DNA of 64,000 nucleotides from Chthoniobacterales bacterium (GTDB lineage: Bacteria > Verrucomicrobiota > Verrucomicrobiia > Chthoniobacterales > UBA10450). Below the pieces are notes generated by a model. It did no database searches, had not been told where the DNA came from, and saw only the letters and a list, made by a program, of their open reading frames with translations. Both the position numbers and the translations under genes were made by a program. Positions 1 to 10,062 of the stretch are shown piece by piece. The stretch covers positions 439 to 64,438 of the forward strand of contig JBKJNW010000042.1 in assembly GCA_046593335.1 (NCBI GenBank), read 5' to 3'. How positions within the stretch are numbered: position 1 is the first letter of the stretch; every line of letters starts with the position of its first letter.

Positions 1-1
1 C

Positions 2-1306
2 GATGCCACCCTGAGCGCACTCGCCCTCGTCTCGCAGGGCATCGCGCTCAGTCTGCAACGGCGGGAGGGCGACCAGGAACGCGCGCGATTGTTAGGCGAA
101 GCCCAGATGGCGCGGGATGCGGCGGAGATGGCGAACCGGGCGAAGGATGAATTCATCGCCACGGTCTCGCACGAGCTGCGCACGCCCCTGAACGCGATTC
201 TCGGCTGGGCCCGCCTGCTCGAGACCGGTGACCTGACGAAGGACGAGATCGCGGAAGCCTCCAACGTGATCGAGCGCAATGCGCGCGCCCAGTCGCAGTT
301 GATCGAGGACTTGCTCGATGTCTCGCGCATCGTCTCGGGCAAACTGCGGCTCGATTTGCGCACGATCGATTTGCCGGAAGTGGTGCGAGCGGCGGTCAGG
401 ATTATCGAGCCGACTGCAACGGCGAAATCGATCAAGGTTCAATGCGTGCTCGATCCGCGAGCCGGCCCGATCTCGGGGGATGCGGAGCGGTTGCAGCAGA
501 TCGTGTGGAATCTCGTTTCCAACGCGGTCAAGTTCACCCCCAAAGGCGGCAAGGTGCAGGTGGGATTGAAGCGTGCCAATTCCCACGTGGAGCTGACGGT
601 GAGTGATAACGGGATGGGCATTCCAACGGACTTTTTACCGCATATTTTTGAGCGCTTCACCCAGGCGGAAACCTCGAGCACCCGCTCCCACACCGGGCTC
701 GGGCTCGGGCTCGGGATCACGCGGCATCTGATCGAGCTGCAGGGCGGCGCGATCTACGCCTTCAGCGACGGGCCCGGGACGGGCGCGACATTTTGCGTCC
801 ATCTGCCGATCCTGATCCTGCATGAGCGCGGCGAGAATCCGGAGGCGGTCCATCCCAGGGTGCCATCCGATAATCAAATCGACCTCTGTGCGGAACTCGC
901 CGGAGTCCGGATCGTAGCGGTGGATGACGACCCGGACGCGAGAAAGTTGCTCCAGACCGTGCTGACTCGCTGCCACGCCGAGGTCACGGTAGTGGCGAAC
1001 GCAGCGGAAGCGCTCGCCGCGGTCAAAGCGCTGCGACCGGATGTCCTCCTGAGCGATATCGAGATGCCTAACGAGAGCGGCTACGATCTGATCCGGCAGG
1101 TGCGGGCTTTATCGCTGGAGGAAGGCGGAGGCACGCCGGCCGCAGCCCTGACCGCCTACGCCCGGGCCGCGGATCGGACCCAGGCGTTACGAGCCGGTTT
1201 CCAGATGCATGTCCCGAAGCCGGTCGAGCCGAGCGAACTGATCGCGGTCATCGCCAACCTGGCCGCGCGCGGCGGGGCGAGCGCGGCTCCGGTCCCGCGC
1301 GCCTAA
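2..1306 (+). CDS. hybrid sensor histidine kinase / response regulator (5' end upstream of window)
   Basis: Frame is open from the window edge. HisKA H-box FIATVSHELRTPLNAILGW, HATPase_c boxes (DNGMGIP, GLGLGLGI), then a receiver domain (RIVAVDDDPD..DVLLSDIEMP..HVPKPV). Stop TAA at 1304-1306. Confidence 0.9.
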   Translation, partial: DATLSALALVSQGIALSLQRREGDQERARLLGEAQMARDAAEMANRAKDEFIATVSHELRTPLNAILGWARLLETGDLTKDEIAEASNVIERNARAQSQLIEDLLDVSRIVSGKLRLDLRTIDLPEVVRAAVRIIEPTATAKSIKVQCVLDPRAGPISGDAERLQQIVWNLVSNAVKFTPKGGKVQVGLKRANSHVELTVSDNGMGIPTDFLPHIFERFTQAETSSTRSHTGLGLGLGITRHLIELQGGAIYAFSDGPGTGATFCVHLPILILHERGENPEAVHPRVPSDNQIDLCAELAGVRIVAVDDDPDARKLLQTVLTRCHAEVTVVANAAEALAAVKALRPDVLLSDIEMPNESGYDLIRQVRALSLEEGGGTPAAALTAYARAADRTQALRAGFQMHVPKPVEPSELIAVIANLAARGGASAAPVPRA

Positions 1307-2637
1307 CGAGGCCCAGAGCTGAGAGCGAGGCGCGCTTTTTCGAAGACTTCCTCGATGTCGCGCTGGTCGCGCTCGTTCTTGGCCGCGGCCACCCCGTCGT
1401 CGCGGATGGCGCGGGCGTGCCCGAGGAGGACCTCGCGATCTTCCGCCTTCGGCAATTCGGTCGCGACCCGCGCCAGCATGTCGAGCAGGCGGGCGACGAC
1501 GCCGACACTGCTCCGGCCGTATTGTCGGATCTGGTTGAGCGCGGCGGCGGCGATACCGGCGTAGTCGGTCACGTTGGTGACGAGACGGAGGTGATTTTCC
1601 TCGTCGTAATGGAGGGCCGAGGGGATCTGGCGCCGGCCCACTTTGATGAGCGCGACCCCGAGCCATTCGATGCAGCTCATGGCAGTAAACGGGTCGTTGA
1701 TTCCGGGCGACAAAGCGCGCACCGCCACTTCCACCAGTTGGTCGATCGCGTACTCGATGTCCTGGTGAGGCGTGCGATGCCAGCCGAAAAAGAAGGTGTC
1801 GGAACATTTCTCTGCGAATTCCGGGGTGATCTTGTCGGCCGGCCAGGCCAACGCGATGGCCGCTTCCTCGGCAATGAAATCGCCCGGCCGCCGGCACAAT
1901 TGAATGATCATGCCTTCGCGCGCGGCGAGCTCGAGCAGGCTCTCCTCGTCGATCGCCTGGATGAAACCGCTCTTCTGCGCGTCGATCGGTTTTGCTTCTG
2001 CGGCAAATGCTCTCGGGAGCTGGGCGTCGATATGGCTTTTGCGCTCGCGCGGGCCGTCGCCGAGCGGGTCGGGATAAAGCCGGTCGACCCGGAACTGCAA
2101 TTCTTCCGCGACCCGGCCGACGAGGTTCTCGGCCAGGATCGAGTTCGGCACGTGGTGGATGAAGAAAATCAAAAAGCCGACGGAAGCGACCGCAAAGAGA
2201 ATGCCGGAGGTGACGGAAAGAAAAGGCACGAAACTGGTCGCATCGGTTCCACGAATCGTGCGCAGGATGAGGAGGCTGTAGAGAAAGGTGGAAACGAAAA
2301 CGCCGAGGACGACCTGGGTCGCGCGATCGTTCATGAAGTTGCGCAAAAGGCGCGGACCAAATTGCGACGAAGCGAGAGAGAGAGTCACGATCGTGATCGA
2401 AAAGACGACGCCGGCGACGGTGATGGTCGAGCCCGCGATGGTGGAGAGAACGCTGCGCGCCCCTTCCGGTCCGCCGGCCCAGAGCCAGCCGGCGGCGCGG
2501 GCCCACTTGGCGTTCACCAGGGTGTCGACATGAACGGTGAGGAAGGAGAGCCCGGTCGCGAGGATCGACATGATCGTGGGGATGAACCAGTAGCTGCTGG
2601 AAAGGTTCTCCCACGTGGTGCTGAAAAAAGTCTTCAT
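1303..2637 (-). CDS. DUF2254-family predicted membrane protein
   Basis: 444-aa ORF. N-terminal multi-TM region (WFIPTIMSILATGLSFL.., ITVAGVVFSITIVTLSLASSQFGPRLLRNFM) recognised by eye as DUF2254. Stop TAG overlaps the convergent kinase stop. Confidence 0.75.
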   Translation of the reverse strand: MKTFFSTTWENLSSSYWFIPTIMSILATGLSFLTVHVDTLVNAKWARAAGWLWAGGPEGARSVLSTIAGSTITVAGVVFSITIVTLSLASSQFGPRLLRNFMNDRATQVVLGVFVSTFLYSLLILRTIRGTDATSFVPFLSVTSGILFAVASVGFLIFFIHHVPNSILAENLVGRVAEELQFRVDRLYPDPLGDGPRERKSHIDAQLPRAFAAEAKPIDAQKSGFIQAIDEESLLELAAREGMIIQLCRRPGDFIAEEAAIALAWPADKITPEFAEKCSDTFFFGWHRTPHQDIEYAIDQLVEVAVRALSPGINDPFTAMSCIEWLGVALIKVGRRQIPSALHYDEENHLRLVTNVTDYAGIAAAALNQIRQYGRSSVGVVARLLDMLARVATELPKAEDREVLLGHARAIRDDGVAAAKNERDQRDIEEVFEKARLALSSGPR

Positions 2638-2722
2638 CGATCGGGAGAATGTAGACGCTTCGCAGGCCCGAAGCGCGGGAGAAAATGGCGCGGGTAAAAA
2701 AGCTCGCGCGGGGCCAGCGCCC

Positions 2723-3754
2723 CTAACGAATCAAGACATGCACCCCGGGCAGCACTTTTTGCCCGAAATCGAGCGCGTCCCAATTCGCCAGCCGAATGCA
2801 GCCGTGGCTCGTGCTGCGCCCGATCGTTTCCGGCGCTTCCGTGCCGTGGATCCCGCTCCCTTTGTGACTCAGCTCCATCCAGACGATCCCGACCGGGTTG
2901 TTCGGGCCGGACGGGAGTTGATAGGATTCGTCGCTCCGCTTCCCGCGCTGCAACATCTCCTGGTCCCAGCGAAAGGTCGGCATCCAGGCGAACCCTTTGA
3001 TGAACCATTCGCCGACCGGCGCGGGGAGCGATTTCGAGCCCGGCGTGATCGGATAACTCCCGACCAGTTTTCCATCCTGCTTTAACTCCATGATTTTGGC
3101 CGCGATATCGACCTCGGCGGAAAATTGCTCGTTAGGCGCCTTTTCCTTTTCCGTCTTCAGCTTGTTCGCCTTCTCGGCTTCCTCGGTTTTCGTTTTCAGG
3201 TCGATTACGGCCTGGAGCTCGAAGGGCGTGGCCACGTTCGGGACCTGCACTTCATCGCCCGCCTTCGCTTTGTCCCAATCGTATCCGGGATTGAGCTGGA
3301 GCAGGAACTCGCGCCGGCAATGAAATTTCTCCGCCACCAGCTCGAGCAGATTTTCGTAAGGGAGACGGTCGGCCTTGGCTTGTCCCGGATGATCCTTCGG
3401 GAGCGGGCCGATGAATTTTTCGTCCTCGGGGGTGATACGATAGGCGATCTGGACCGGCCTGGATTGGTCGAGCGGGAGGTCGAACTCCGCCGGGGCTTTC
3501 GCGCCTTGCTCCGGCGCGTTCTTGCCCTGCGCCTGCTGGTAACGGGCCAAAGCCTTGCCCATGAACTCGCCCCATTTCCCATCGATCACACCCGGCTTGA
3601 AGGCCGAGCCGTCGAGAAAGAGCTGGGCGCGGAGGATCTGCTCGTTAAGGGAAGGAGCGGGGGAAGGCGAGGCGGCTGACAAAGTCCCGGCGAGCCCGAG
3701 AAAAATGCCGGCGGACCGGGGTACGACGCGCAAGAACCAAAGGCGTAGAATCAT
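2723..3754 (-). CDS. L,D-transpeptidase (YkuD domain), secreted
   Basis: Signal-peptide-like N-terminus. C-terminal YkuD catalytic motif HGTEAPETIGRSTSHGCIRL. Confidence 0.85.
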   Translation of the reverse strand: MILRLWFLRVVPRSAGIFLGLAGTLSAASPSPAPSLNEQILRAQLFLDGSAFKPGVIDGKWGEFMGKALARYQQAQGKNAPEQGAKAPAEFDLPLDQSRPVQIAYRITPEDEKFIGPLPKDHPGQAKADRLPYENLLELVAEKFHCRREFLLQLNPGYDWDKAKAGDEVQVPNVATPFELQAVIDLKTKTEEAEKANKLKTEKEKAPNEQFSAEVDIAAKIMELKQDGKLVGSYPITPGSKSLPAPVGEWFIKGFAWMPTFRWDQEMLQRGKRSDESYQLPSGPNNPVGIVWMELSHKGSGIHGTEAPETIGRSTSHGCIRLANWDALDFGQKVLPGVHVLIR

Positions 3755-3909
3755 GCCGGTGATACGTGCGTGGTGGGGCTGGCGGTTTCATCCACTGATT
3801 TGCCGCTAATGGAAGGTGCTCTAGAATGCCTGCTGCATCGCGAGGGTTCACAAAGCTCCCCTGCCAGCGATTTGCGGCCGTGGTTGGTTCGGTGGCCGAT
3901 TGTCTGGGT

Positions 3910-4395
3910 ATGGAACTCGAAACACTTAAAGACCTCTACATTCACGAACTAAAAGACCTCTACAGCGCGGAAAACCAGATTATCAAAGCGCTCCCCAAAA
4001 TGGCGAAAGCAGCGAGCAGCCCGAAGCTGACCGCCGGCTTCCAGAAGCATCTCGACGAAACCAAGGAACACGCCGTCCGCTTGGAGAAGATTCTGAAAAG
4101 CCACGATGAAACGACGCGCGGCCCGAAATGCAAGGGCATGGAAGGCCTGCTCAAGGAAGGCGCGGAGATGATCGAGGAGGATGCGGATGAGGACGTGCGC
4201 GACGCCGGCCTGATTTCCGCAGCCCAGCGGGTCGAGCATTACGAGATGGCGGGATACGGCTGCGCCCGCACTTACGCCAATTTGTTAGGCGACAAAAATG
4301 GCGCCCGGCTTCTGCAGAAAACCCTCGATGAAGAAGGGGCTACGGACAAAAAGCTGACCAAGCTGGCCGAGAGCATCAACGTCGCGGCTAAGTAA
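3910..4395 (+). CDS. ferritin-like DUF892 protein (YciE/YciF family)
   Basis: MELETLKDLYIHELKDLYSAENQI.. is the typical DUF892 N-terminus. The internal ATG at 3910 was chosen over the longer ORF starting at 3826. Confidence 0.8.
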   Translation: MELETLKDLYIHELKDLYSAENQIIKALPKMAKAASSPKLTAGFQKHLDETKEHAVRLEKILKSHDETTRGPKCKGMEGLLKEGAEMIEEDADEDVRDAGLISAAQRVEHYEMAGYGCARTYANLLGDKNGARLLQKTLDEEGATDKKLTKLAESINVAAK

Positions 4396-4416
4396 ACACT
4401 CGCCGATCACCATTCG

Positions 4417-4455
4417 AACAAGGCCGCTCTGCGAAGGGCGGCCTTGTTTCGTTTC
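4417..4455 (+). terminator. rho-independent terminator after the DUF892 gene
   Basis: 11-bp perfect stem AACAAGGCCGC (4417-4427) / GCGGCCTTGTT (4438-4448) followed by a T-rich tail TTTCGTTT. Confidence 0.7.
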
Positions 4456-4514
4456 CGGCCATTGTTCTACCTCGGCAGGTTTGAGGTTGAGGTCGGCAAC
4501 CGTTAAGGTAATCG

Positions 4515-5588
4515 ATGTTCAGTCTGTTCGTCCTCGCGGCCGCCACGCCGCAGGATCAGCCACAGCAGATCGATTTCAGCCTGGCCGGCGCGCGCGAGCG
4601 TCTCGACAGCTGGCTCGATGGTGCCACCCGGCTTTTGCCAAACATCGCGGTCGCCCTCGTCCTCCTCGCGATTTTCTATGGCCTGGCTGTGTTCGCGCGG
4701 CGGCTCATCGTCGCCCACGCCGCCCGGCGCAACCGGAGCAACCTCGGCAGCGTCCTTGGCGGCTTCGTCAAGGCGGCGATCATGCTGCTCGGATTTCTCC
4801 TCGCGGCTACGATCGTGATTCCTTCGCTGAAACCGGGCGACCTCATCGCCGGTCTCGGCGTCAGTTCGGTCGCGATTGGTTTTGCTTTTAAGGACATCCT
4901 CCAGAACTGGCTCGCCGGACTCCTCATTCTCCTCCGGCAGCCGTTCGAGATTAACGACCAGATCGAGATCGACGGCCATGAAGGGACGGTCGAGCGGATT
5001 GAGACACGCGCCACCATCATCAAGACCTACGACGGTCAACGGATCGTGATTCCCAATAGCCAGATCTACACGAATGCCGTCCTGGTGAAGACCGCGCATG
5101 AGAAACGGCGCAGTCAGTATGACGTCGGGATTGGTTACGGCGACGGGATGGGCGAGGCTTGCAAAGTGATCCGGAACGCCATTGCCGGGGTGGAGGCAGT
5201 GGAGAGCGATCCGGCTCCCGAAGCGCTCCCTTGGGACCTGGCGGCGAGCTGGGTCACGATCCGCGCGCGCTGGTGGACGCTAAGCCACCGGGCCGACGTC
5301 GTGCAGGTGCGGGCGGCGGTCCTACAGGCGATCAAGGAAGGCCTCGACGCCGCCGGGATCGACATGCCGTACGACACCCAGGTGCAATTGTTTCACGACC
5401 AGACGGAAGCTGGCGAAGGCGATCGCAGCCAGCAACGGGAAGGCTGGCCCTCCTCGAAGGAAGGTGCGACCAAACCGCGCTGGAGAGCTGAGGAAGAAGA
5501 GAAAGCGAAACGGCCGGCGAGAGCGGAGGACGAGGCTGGGGCCAATCGCCCTAACGAACGCGAAGCCGGCGCCGCCGCCGATCGTTAG
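4515..5588 (+). CDS. mechanosensitive ion channel (MscS family)
   Basis: TM helices followed by the MscS beta-domain signature LLRQPFEINDQIEIDGHEGTVERIETRATIIKTYDGQRIVIPNS. Charged C-terminal tail. Confidence 0.85.
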   Translation: MFSLFVLAAATPQDQPQQIDFSLAGARERLDSWLDGATRLLPNIAVALVLLAIFYGLAVFARRLIVAHAARRNRSNLGSVLGGFVKAAIMLLGFLLAATIVIPSLKPGDLIAGLGVSSVAIGFAFKDILQNWLAGLLILLRQPFEINDQIEIDGHEGTVERIETRATIIKTYDGQRIVIPNSQIYTNAVLVKTAHEKRRSQYDVGIGYGDGMGEACKVIRNAIAGVEAVESDPAPEALPWDLAASWVTIRARWWTLSHRADVVQVRAAVLQAIKEGLDAAGIDMPYDTQVQLFHDQTEAGEGDRSQQREGWPSSKEGATKPRWRAEEEEKAKRPARAEDEAGANRPNEREAGAAADR

Positions 5589-5731
5589 GCTGGAGCAACT
5601 CGAGATTCTTCTTCCGGTCCCGCGCGCGGGCAAATCCGCGCAGCCGCGGAAGCCAAGGAGGCGTGTTTTGCAGTTGCCATCGGCGGCGCTTCCCGCTCTG
5701 CTCTCCGAATCTGGAGAAAGGGAAACCGCTG

Positions 5732-8272
5732 ATGTCGAAGATCGATCGAAGAAACCCGCCTAACGAAATGCCCGACATGGTCGGGGAAAAGCCACGCAAT
5801 CCGCTGCCGGCGAATTTCAAGCCTTACATTCCGGCGAGCGCAAACATGCGCGAACTGACGATCATCCCGCTCATCGTCGGGACGTTGCTTGGCATCGTCT
5901 TTGGCGCTTCCTCGCTTTACCTCGTGCTCAAGGTCGGGCTCACGGTCAGCGCCTCCATCCCGGTCGCGGTCATCTCGATCACGCTCTTCCGCATCTTCTC
6001 CAAATTCGGGATGCGCGACGCCACCATCCTCGAGAACAACATCGTCCAAACCGCGGGCTCGGCCGGCGAGTCGATCGCCTTCGGTCTCGGCGTGACCATG
6101 CCCGCGATCATGATCCTCGGGTTTGATCTCGAGATCACCCGGGTCATGCTCGTGGCGATTCTGGGCGGATTGTTAGGCATTCTCATGATGATCCCGCTGC
6201 GGCGGGCCTTGATTGTCGATCAGCATGGCATCTTGAAATATCCCGAGGGGACAGCCTGTGCGGAGGTGCTGAAGGCGGCCGCTTCGCGTGAAGGACAGGA
6301 GGAAGTCGGGAAGCCCGCGGACGAAGCAGTCAGCGGCGGCAAGACGATTTTCGCCGGGTTCGGGATCGGGTTCCTTTACCAGGCGGCGATGGGCGCATTC
6401 CGCATGTGGAAGGATACGCCGGAGAAAATTTTCGGCGCGCCCTTCAAGGCCGGATCGATTTCCGCCACGATCGAGCCGGCATTGTTAGGCGTAGGCTACA
6501 TCATCGGGCCGCGGATCGCCTCCATCATGTGCGCGGGCGGCGTCCTCGCTTATCTCGTCCTCATCCCGGCGATCAAGTTTTTCGGCGAAGGTGCAACCGC
6601 CATTCTCGCTCCCGGGACCATCCCGATCAGTCAGATGAGCCCGGACGATATTCGCGGAGCTTACGTACTTTACATCGGCGCCGGGGCCGTCGCGGCGGGC
6701 GGAATTATCAGTTTGTTCCGTTCGCTTCCGACCATCTGGCACGGCTTGAAAGGCGGGCTGAGCGATCTGCGCGGGGGCAAAGCGCAGAGTGCCAACGCCC
6801 CGCGGACCGATCAGGATCTGTCGATGAAGTTCGTCATCGGCGGTTGCATCGCGCTCCTCCTCGTCATGATGGTGGTGCCGCAACTGCATCTGCAGTGGAA
6901 CCTGCTCGGCGCGCTCCTCATCGTCGCGTTCGGTTTCCTCTTCGTCACTGTTTCCTCGCGCCTCACGGGCGAGATCGGTTCGTCTTCGAATCCGATTTCC
7001 GGCATGACGGTGGCGACGCTTCTTCTCACCTGCCTTGTCTTCCTTTTCATCGGCTGGACCGGGCCGAAATATTTTGTGACCGCGCTCTCCATTGGCGGCA
7101 TCGTCTGCATCGCATCCTCCAACGGCGGCACAACCTCGCAGGATCTGAAGACAGGATTTCTCGTCGGCGCGACCCCGCGCTTGCAGCAGATCGCCATCCT
7201 CGCCGGCGCGCTCGCCTCCGCCCTCGTGCTCGGACCGATCCTGCTAAAATTGAACGATGCCTACACGGTTTACGTGCCGCCCACCAGTTTCCAAAAAGTC
7301 GTCGCGGGCGCCACGCCGGCACGGGTGGAGTCGGCCAACCTGCCGGCTTTCAGCGATCAACTAAAGCCGGACACCACTGGTAAATATCGCGTCCTGCACA
7401 ACGAAAAAGGCGGCGTGAATTCGGTCGTCCCCGGTCTCGAAGCCGGTGATTATTTGGTCAACGAAACGGGCGAAGTTGTTTACAAAATGCAGCGCAACTT
7501 CCCCGCCGATCTGCGCGCACCGGCCGACGCCGAGCTCGGGCCGCCGGAAAGAATCAAGGGCGCACAGGCGGCCACAAATCCGGAAAGTTATCGCGCCTGG
7601 CAGCGGATCGATCCGGCGGGCGGACCCGCGCAGCGTTATCTCGTGAACGCGCAGGGTGAGGCGGTTTACCTGGTTGATCCGGGCATCAACGGAACCCATC
7701 ACACCCGGCCGGACGGTTCGACGGTGGAAAAATTCGACGCGCCGAAGGCGACCCTCATGTCTTACATCATCAAGGGCATCCTGAGCCGGAAGTTGCCCTG
7801 GGCGCTGGTGTTGTTAGGCGTGATGATTGCAATCGTGCTCGAGATGAGCGGCATTCCTTCGCTCGCTTTTGCGGTCGGCGTTTATCTCCCGCTCGCTTCT
7901 TCCAGCCCGATCTTTATCGGCGGCATGATTCGCTGGCTGGTCGATCGCTGGTTGCGCAAACAAAAATTCAAGGACCACGACCTCTCGACCGACGAGCTGG
8001 TCGCGGAAGGCGACAAGAGCCCCGGGGTGTTGCTCGCCTCGGGTTACATCGCGGGCGGCGCGCTCGCCGGCATCGTCATCGCTTTCATGGCCGGCGTCCC
8101 GCGCCTGGTCGGTATCCGGCGACAGGTGGAAGAATGGTCGACCGCGTACAATCCGTTTTTCGCCGGGGCGAATGCGGATCTGCTCGCGCTTGTTCCCTTC
8201 GCGGTCCTCTGCGTCATGCTTTACGTAGTCGGGCGCGATCTTCTGCTCGCCGGCCCGAAACGGAAAGCCTAA
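5732..8272 (+). CDS. OPT-family oligopeptide transporter
   Basis: About 846-aa polytopic membrane protein with OPT-like segments (NIVQTAGSAGESIA, GEIGSSSNPISGMTVATLL, GGTTSQDLKTGFLVGATP). ATG at 5732 is preceded by GGAGAAAGGGA. Contains a long soluble insertion around 7260-7740. Confidence 0.8.
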   Translation: MSKIDRRNPPNEMPDMVGEKPRNPLPANFKPYIPASANMRELTIIPLIVGTLLGIVFGASSLYLVLKVGLTVSASIPVAVISITLFRIFSKFGMRDATILENNIVQTAGSAGESIAFGLGVTMPAIMILGFDLEITRVMLVAILGGLLGILMMIPLRRALIVDQHGILKYPEGTACAEVLKAAASREGQEEVGKPADEAVSGGKTIFAGFGIGFLYQAAMGAFRMWKDTPEKIFGAPFKAGSISATIEPALLGVGYIIGPRIASIMCAGGVLAYLVLIPAIKFFGEGATAILAPGTIPISQMSPDDIRGAYVLYIGAGAVAAGGIISLFRSLPTIWHGLKGGLSDLRGGKAQSANAPRTDQDLSMKFVIGGCIALLLVMMVVPQLHLQWNLLGALLIVAFGFLFVTVSSRLTGEIGSSSNPISGMTVATLLLTCLVFLFIGWTGPKYFVTALSIGGIVCIASSNGGTTSQDLKTGFLVGATPRLQQIAILAGALASALVLGPILLKLNDAYTVYVPPTSFQKVVAGATPARVESANLPAFSDQLKPDTTGKYRVLHNEKGGVNSVVPGLEAGDYLVNETGEVVYKMQRNFPADLRAPADAELGPPERIKGAQAATNPESYRAWQRIDPAGGPAQRYLVNAQGEAVYLVDPGINGTHHTRPDGSTVEKFDAPKATLMSYIIKGILSRKLPWALVLLGVMIAIVLEMSGIPSLAFAVGVYLPLASSSPIFIGGMIRWLVDRWLRKQKFKDHDLSTDELVAEGDKSPGVLLASGYIAGGALAGIVIAFMAGVPRLVGIRRQVEEWSTAYNPFFAGANADLLALVPFAVLCVMLYVVGRDLLLAGPKRKA

Positions 8273-8380
8273 CGAACGCGGCACGGTAACTGAGCTGCGA
8301 AGAAGGCGGCGCTGGGGAGAAGTCCCTTCATTCGCTGCTCGCCACGGCTGCGAAACTGCATTTAACATCCCGGCCGCAAG

Positions 8381-9460
8381 ATGGAGACCTTGACCGAAGA
8401 AGCGCCGCCGAAGAAAGCCTCAGTCGTGCGGCGTTTCTCGGCACCGGTCCTGGCGGGGGTGGTGATTTTTCATCTCCTCTTCGGCGGGGTGGCGGCCATC
8501 TGGGTCGTCTCGAAATACAGTGCCGCGCGCAAACTTACCTTCAACGCCGGCCCGAAATCGCCCAACCCGAGCGAGCGCGCGCTCGAGCACCGCGTCCAGT
8601 TGCAGAAGAAGACGCAATCGACCAGCGCGCCTCCGGCGGTGCCGAAACGCGTCCTCACCACCGGCCTCGCCAAAGTGGTCTTGCCGCCGATGCCGGAAAT
8701 CAAATCGCCCGAGAGCGCCCCGCGTAGCATGATGGGTGCGGGCGGGACGGGGAACGCCTTCGGCCCGGCGGGCGCGACTTCGGGCGGCGGCGGTGGTGGC
8801 GGCAACGGTAGCCCGATCAATTTCTTCGGCATTCGCGACCTGAGCACGAGCATCGTGATCATGATCGATGTCTCCGATTCCATGTTCACCCGGACGGGCG
8901 ACGCCGATTACCCAAGCAAACTCGTCAAGCACGGGAAGGATCAGAATTTCCAAGTCGTGCGCGACGAAGCGATCAAGCTCGTGCAAAGCCTCACTCCGCA
9001 GACCCGCTTCGGAATCGTGCGCTGGTCGGGCGGCGCTTATTCCTGGAAACCGGAACTGATGCCGGCGACGGACGAGAACAAGAAAAGCGCGATCGAGCAC
9101 ATCCAGAGCGAAGTCGATTACAAAACGGCCAAGCCAAAAAAGGGCGACCGTGGCGGAACGCGGCATGACCTCGCGCTGGCTGAAGCGTTCTCCTTGAAAC
9201 CGGAGACGATCTACATGTTGACCGACGGCAACGCGACCGAATCGCAACCGGGTGGCGGGTTGAAGCCGATCCCGCCGCAGGAGATCTACAAGGTGGCTGA
9301 GGAAGGGCAAAAGGCGCTGCCGAAAAAGGCGCATCTGCACGTGATTTACTATCTCAACAGCAAGGAAAAGTCGGATGAGGTCGACATGCTGCGCGGATTA
9401 GCAAGCCGGAACAGTGGCAAGTTCCAGAAGGTCGAAGCCAAAGGTCGCGCCAAGAAATAG
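8381..9460 (+). CDS. membrane-anchored von Willebrand factor A (vWA) domain protein
   Basis: One N-terminal TM helix, a Gly-rich linker, then a vWA fold with the MIDAS motif IVIMIDVSDSM. Confidence 0.7.
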   Translation: METLTEEAPPKKASVVRRFSAPVLAGVVIFHLLFGGVAAIWVVSKYSAARKLTFNAGPKSPNPSERALEHRVQLQKKTQSTSAPPAVPKRVLTTGLAKVVLPPMPEIKSPESAPRSMMGAGGTGNAFGPAGATSGGGGGGGNGSPINFFGIRDLSTSIVIMIDVSDSMFTRTGDADYPSKLVKHGKDQNFQVVRDEAIKLVQSLTPQTRFGIVRWSGGAYSWKPELMPATDENKKSAIEHIQSEVDYKTAKPKKGDRGGTRHDLALAEAFSLKPETIYMLTDGNATESQPGGGLKPIPPQEIYKVAEEGQKALPKKAHLHVIYYLNSKEKSDEVDMLRGLASRNSGKFQKVEAKGRAKK

Positions 9461-9510
9461 TTGGCAAGCGTCTACATTGCCTTTCCGCCGCACCGGCGGA
9501 ATCTTCCCTC

Positions 9511-9996
9511 ATGCGCAAGGTCAACCTGAACGAGATTGCGGAAGAAGAACGCAGCTCCCCGAAAGGGAAATTCCACAAGTACGTCAAAGACATCTCGATC
9601 GCGCTCGGTCGCGATAAGGAATCGCTCGACCTCGCGACACGCCATCCTTTTGATCTCGCGCAGATCCGCATTCCCAAGGGTAAAAGTTATTGTCCCTACC
9701 ACGGGCACAGCGCGGAGACGGAGCTCTATCTCGTCGTCTCCGGGCGTGGAATCGTGCGTGACCATCGCGGCACGACGGAGGTGAGCGCGGGCGACGCTTT
9801 TTTCTTCGCGCCCGGAGAGGCGCATCAACTTTCCGCGTCCGCGGAGGAAGATTTTTTCTATTACGTGATCGCCGATAATCCGCGCGGCGATTCCTGCTAT
9901 TACCCCGACAGCGGGAAGTGGGTTGCCTTCCAGGAAGGCGGCGGAGACGTAATCGCGAAAGGCGCAGAAGTCGATTACTACGACGGCGAAGAATAA
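9511..9996 (+). CDS. cupin domain protein
   Basis: Cupin motifs HGHSAETELYLVVSGRG .. GDAFFFAPGEAHQL. Confidence 0.75.
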   Translation: MRKVNLNEIAEEERSSPKGKFHKYVKDISIALGRDKESLDLATRHPFDLAQIRIPKGKSYCPYHGHSAETELYLVVSGRGIVRDHRGTTEVSAGDAFFFAPGEAHQLSASAEEDFFYYVIADNPRGDSCYYPDSGKWVAFQEGGGDVIAKGAEVDYYDGEE

Positions 9997-10062
9997 ATCC
10001 GGGCGCGGCCGGGAATGCGCGACCTCTTTTGCCGCTCTCACCCAGCAATGGTAAACAGAGGG

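Noticed and set aside
1187-2697. Long alternative-frame and antisense ORFs. Examples: 1187-2614 (-) 475 aa, 1417-2697 (+) 426 aa. Similar cases: 8420-9340 (-), 14412-15359 (-), 21287-22360 (+), 35452-36525 (+), 52461-53582 (+), 56850-58115 (+), 59502-60287 (+).
   Set aside because: Their translations are Arg/Pro/Gly/Ala-rich and low in complexity, with no recognisable motifs. Each fully overlaps a gene with clear family signatures on another frame or strand. This is typical of shadow ORFs in high-GC DNA.
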